Source: an uncultured Nitrospiraceae bacterium (GTDB lineage: Bacteria; Nitrospirota; Thermodesulfovibrionia; Thermodesulfovibrionales; UBA6898). Taken from it: a stretch of DNA of 64,000 nt. The stretch covers positions 96,001 through 160,000 of the forward strand of contig CAWEQH010000004.1 in assembly GCA_963811165.1 (NCBI GenBank). Reading direction: 5' to 3'. A program made the position numbers and the translations under genes. The notes beneath the pieces were generated by a model, which was given only the letters and a program-made list of their open reading frames with translations, searched no databases and was not told the origin of the DNA. Below are positions 63,192 through 64,000 of this stretch, piece by piece (the stretch's first letter is position 1; the number at the start of each line of letters is the position of its first letter).

Positions 63192-64000
63192 TTAGACAAA
63201 AAGGCTTACTACTGCCCCTGTCATGCAGGTGGCCAATGTCCCGGCCACAAGCGCCTTGATGCCGAGGGAGACCACTTCGGTCCTTCGATCAGGGACCATG
63301 CTGCCGAGTCCTCCGATCAGTATCCCGAGGCTCCCGAAGTTGGCAAAGCTGCACAGGGCATACGTCATGATAAGTCGGGACCGCGGGCTGAGCAGGGTTG
63401 CGGGGGTCTTTGCGAGTTCAATAAACGCAAGCAATTCGTTAAGGATGGTCTTTGTGCCCATCAGATACCCTGCTGTCTGCGCTTCCGCCCACGGGATGCC
63501 GAAAAGCCAGACGATGGGGGCCATGATATACCCCAGGAGCATCTGCAGTGTGACCGCCCTGCCGCCTGCCGGGGGGAGAAGGCCGAGCCCCTGATTTACG
63601 AGGTTGACCAAAGCGACGGCGACGATGAGCATAGCCACTATATTAATTAGGAGAGTGAGTCCGTCAAGGGTCCCTTTTGCGATTGCATCCATAGGGCTCT
63701 TTGCTGTCTGCTCCGGCGCAAGCATCCCGGCAGTCTGTGCGCTGGTCTCAGGTATCATGATCCGTGAGACGGTTATCGCTGCGGGGATATGGATGAGTGA
63801 AGCCGTCAGGATATGCCCCAGAGGGTCGGGGATGATGCCTTTGAGGATCGTGGAATAGAGCACCATAACAGTGCCCGCTATCGAAGCCATGCCGCAGGCC
63901 ATCAGGGAAAAGAGTTCGCTCCTTGTCATCTCGCGAAGGTATGGTTTGATCAGAAGCGGGGCTTCCACCATGCCAAGAAAGATCGTGGTCGATGCGCCCA
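63192..64000 (-). CDS. concentrative nucleoside transporter (NupC/CNT), 5' end outside the window
   Basis: GMVEAPL, GMASIAG, LNELLAF, YALCSFANFGS. Confidence 0.92.
   Translation of the reverse strand, partial: GASTTIFLGMVEAPLLIKPYLREMTRSELFSLMACGMASIAGTVMVLYSTILKGIIPDPLGHILTASLIHIPAAITVSRIMIPETSAQTAGMLAPEQTAKSPMDAIAKGTLDGLTLLINIVAMLIVAVALVNLVNQGLGLLPPAGGRAVTLQMLLGYIMAPIVWLFGIPWAEAQTAGYLMGTKTILNELLAFIELAKTPATLLSPRSRLIMTYALCSFANFGSLGILIGGLGSMVPDRRTEVVSLGIKALVAGTLATCMTGAVVSLFV

Overview
Bacterial chromosomal window, probably from an anaerobic Nitrospirota/Desulfobacterota-like organism (inferred from gene content only). Core blocks are ddl(3' end)-ftsQ-ftsA-ftsZ at the left and tRNA-Lys/tRNA-Glu, aconitase, lysA-dapF-dapA, bioD and a catabolic operon at the right. 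About 45 kb of accessory DNA lies between them. It holds a RAYT transposase, a type I restriction-modification locus carrying a HEPN-motif gene, a four-helix-bundle gene and a NERD nuclease, and several decayed toxin-antitoxin modules. It also holds tandem islands at the tRNA-Glu 3' end, one carrying a cyclic beta-1,2-glucan synthase. Main highlights: (1) an ALDH / class-III aminotransferase / COG2403 (ArcE-like) / carbamate kinase operon that looks like an energy-conserving arginine-to-glutamate route; (2) an ArsM-like methyltransferase with an in-frame UGA at a conserved Cys position followed by a SECIS-like hairpin; (3) a dispersed two-armed structured repeat with covarying stems; (4) a HEPN-motif gene embedded in the type I RM locus. 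Eight apparent frameshifts are all +1 insertions and are probably sequencing errors. All calls are by eye from motifs; no searches were run.
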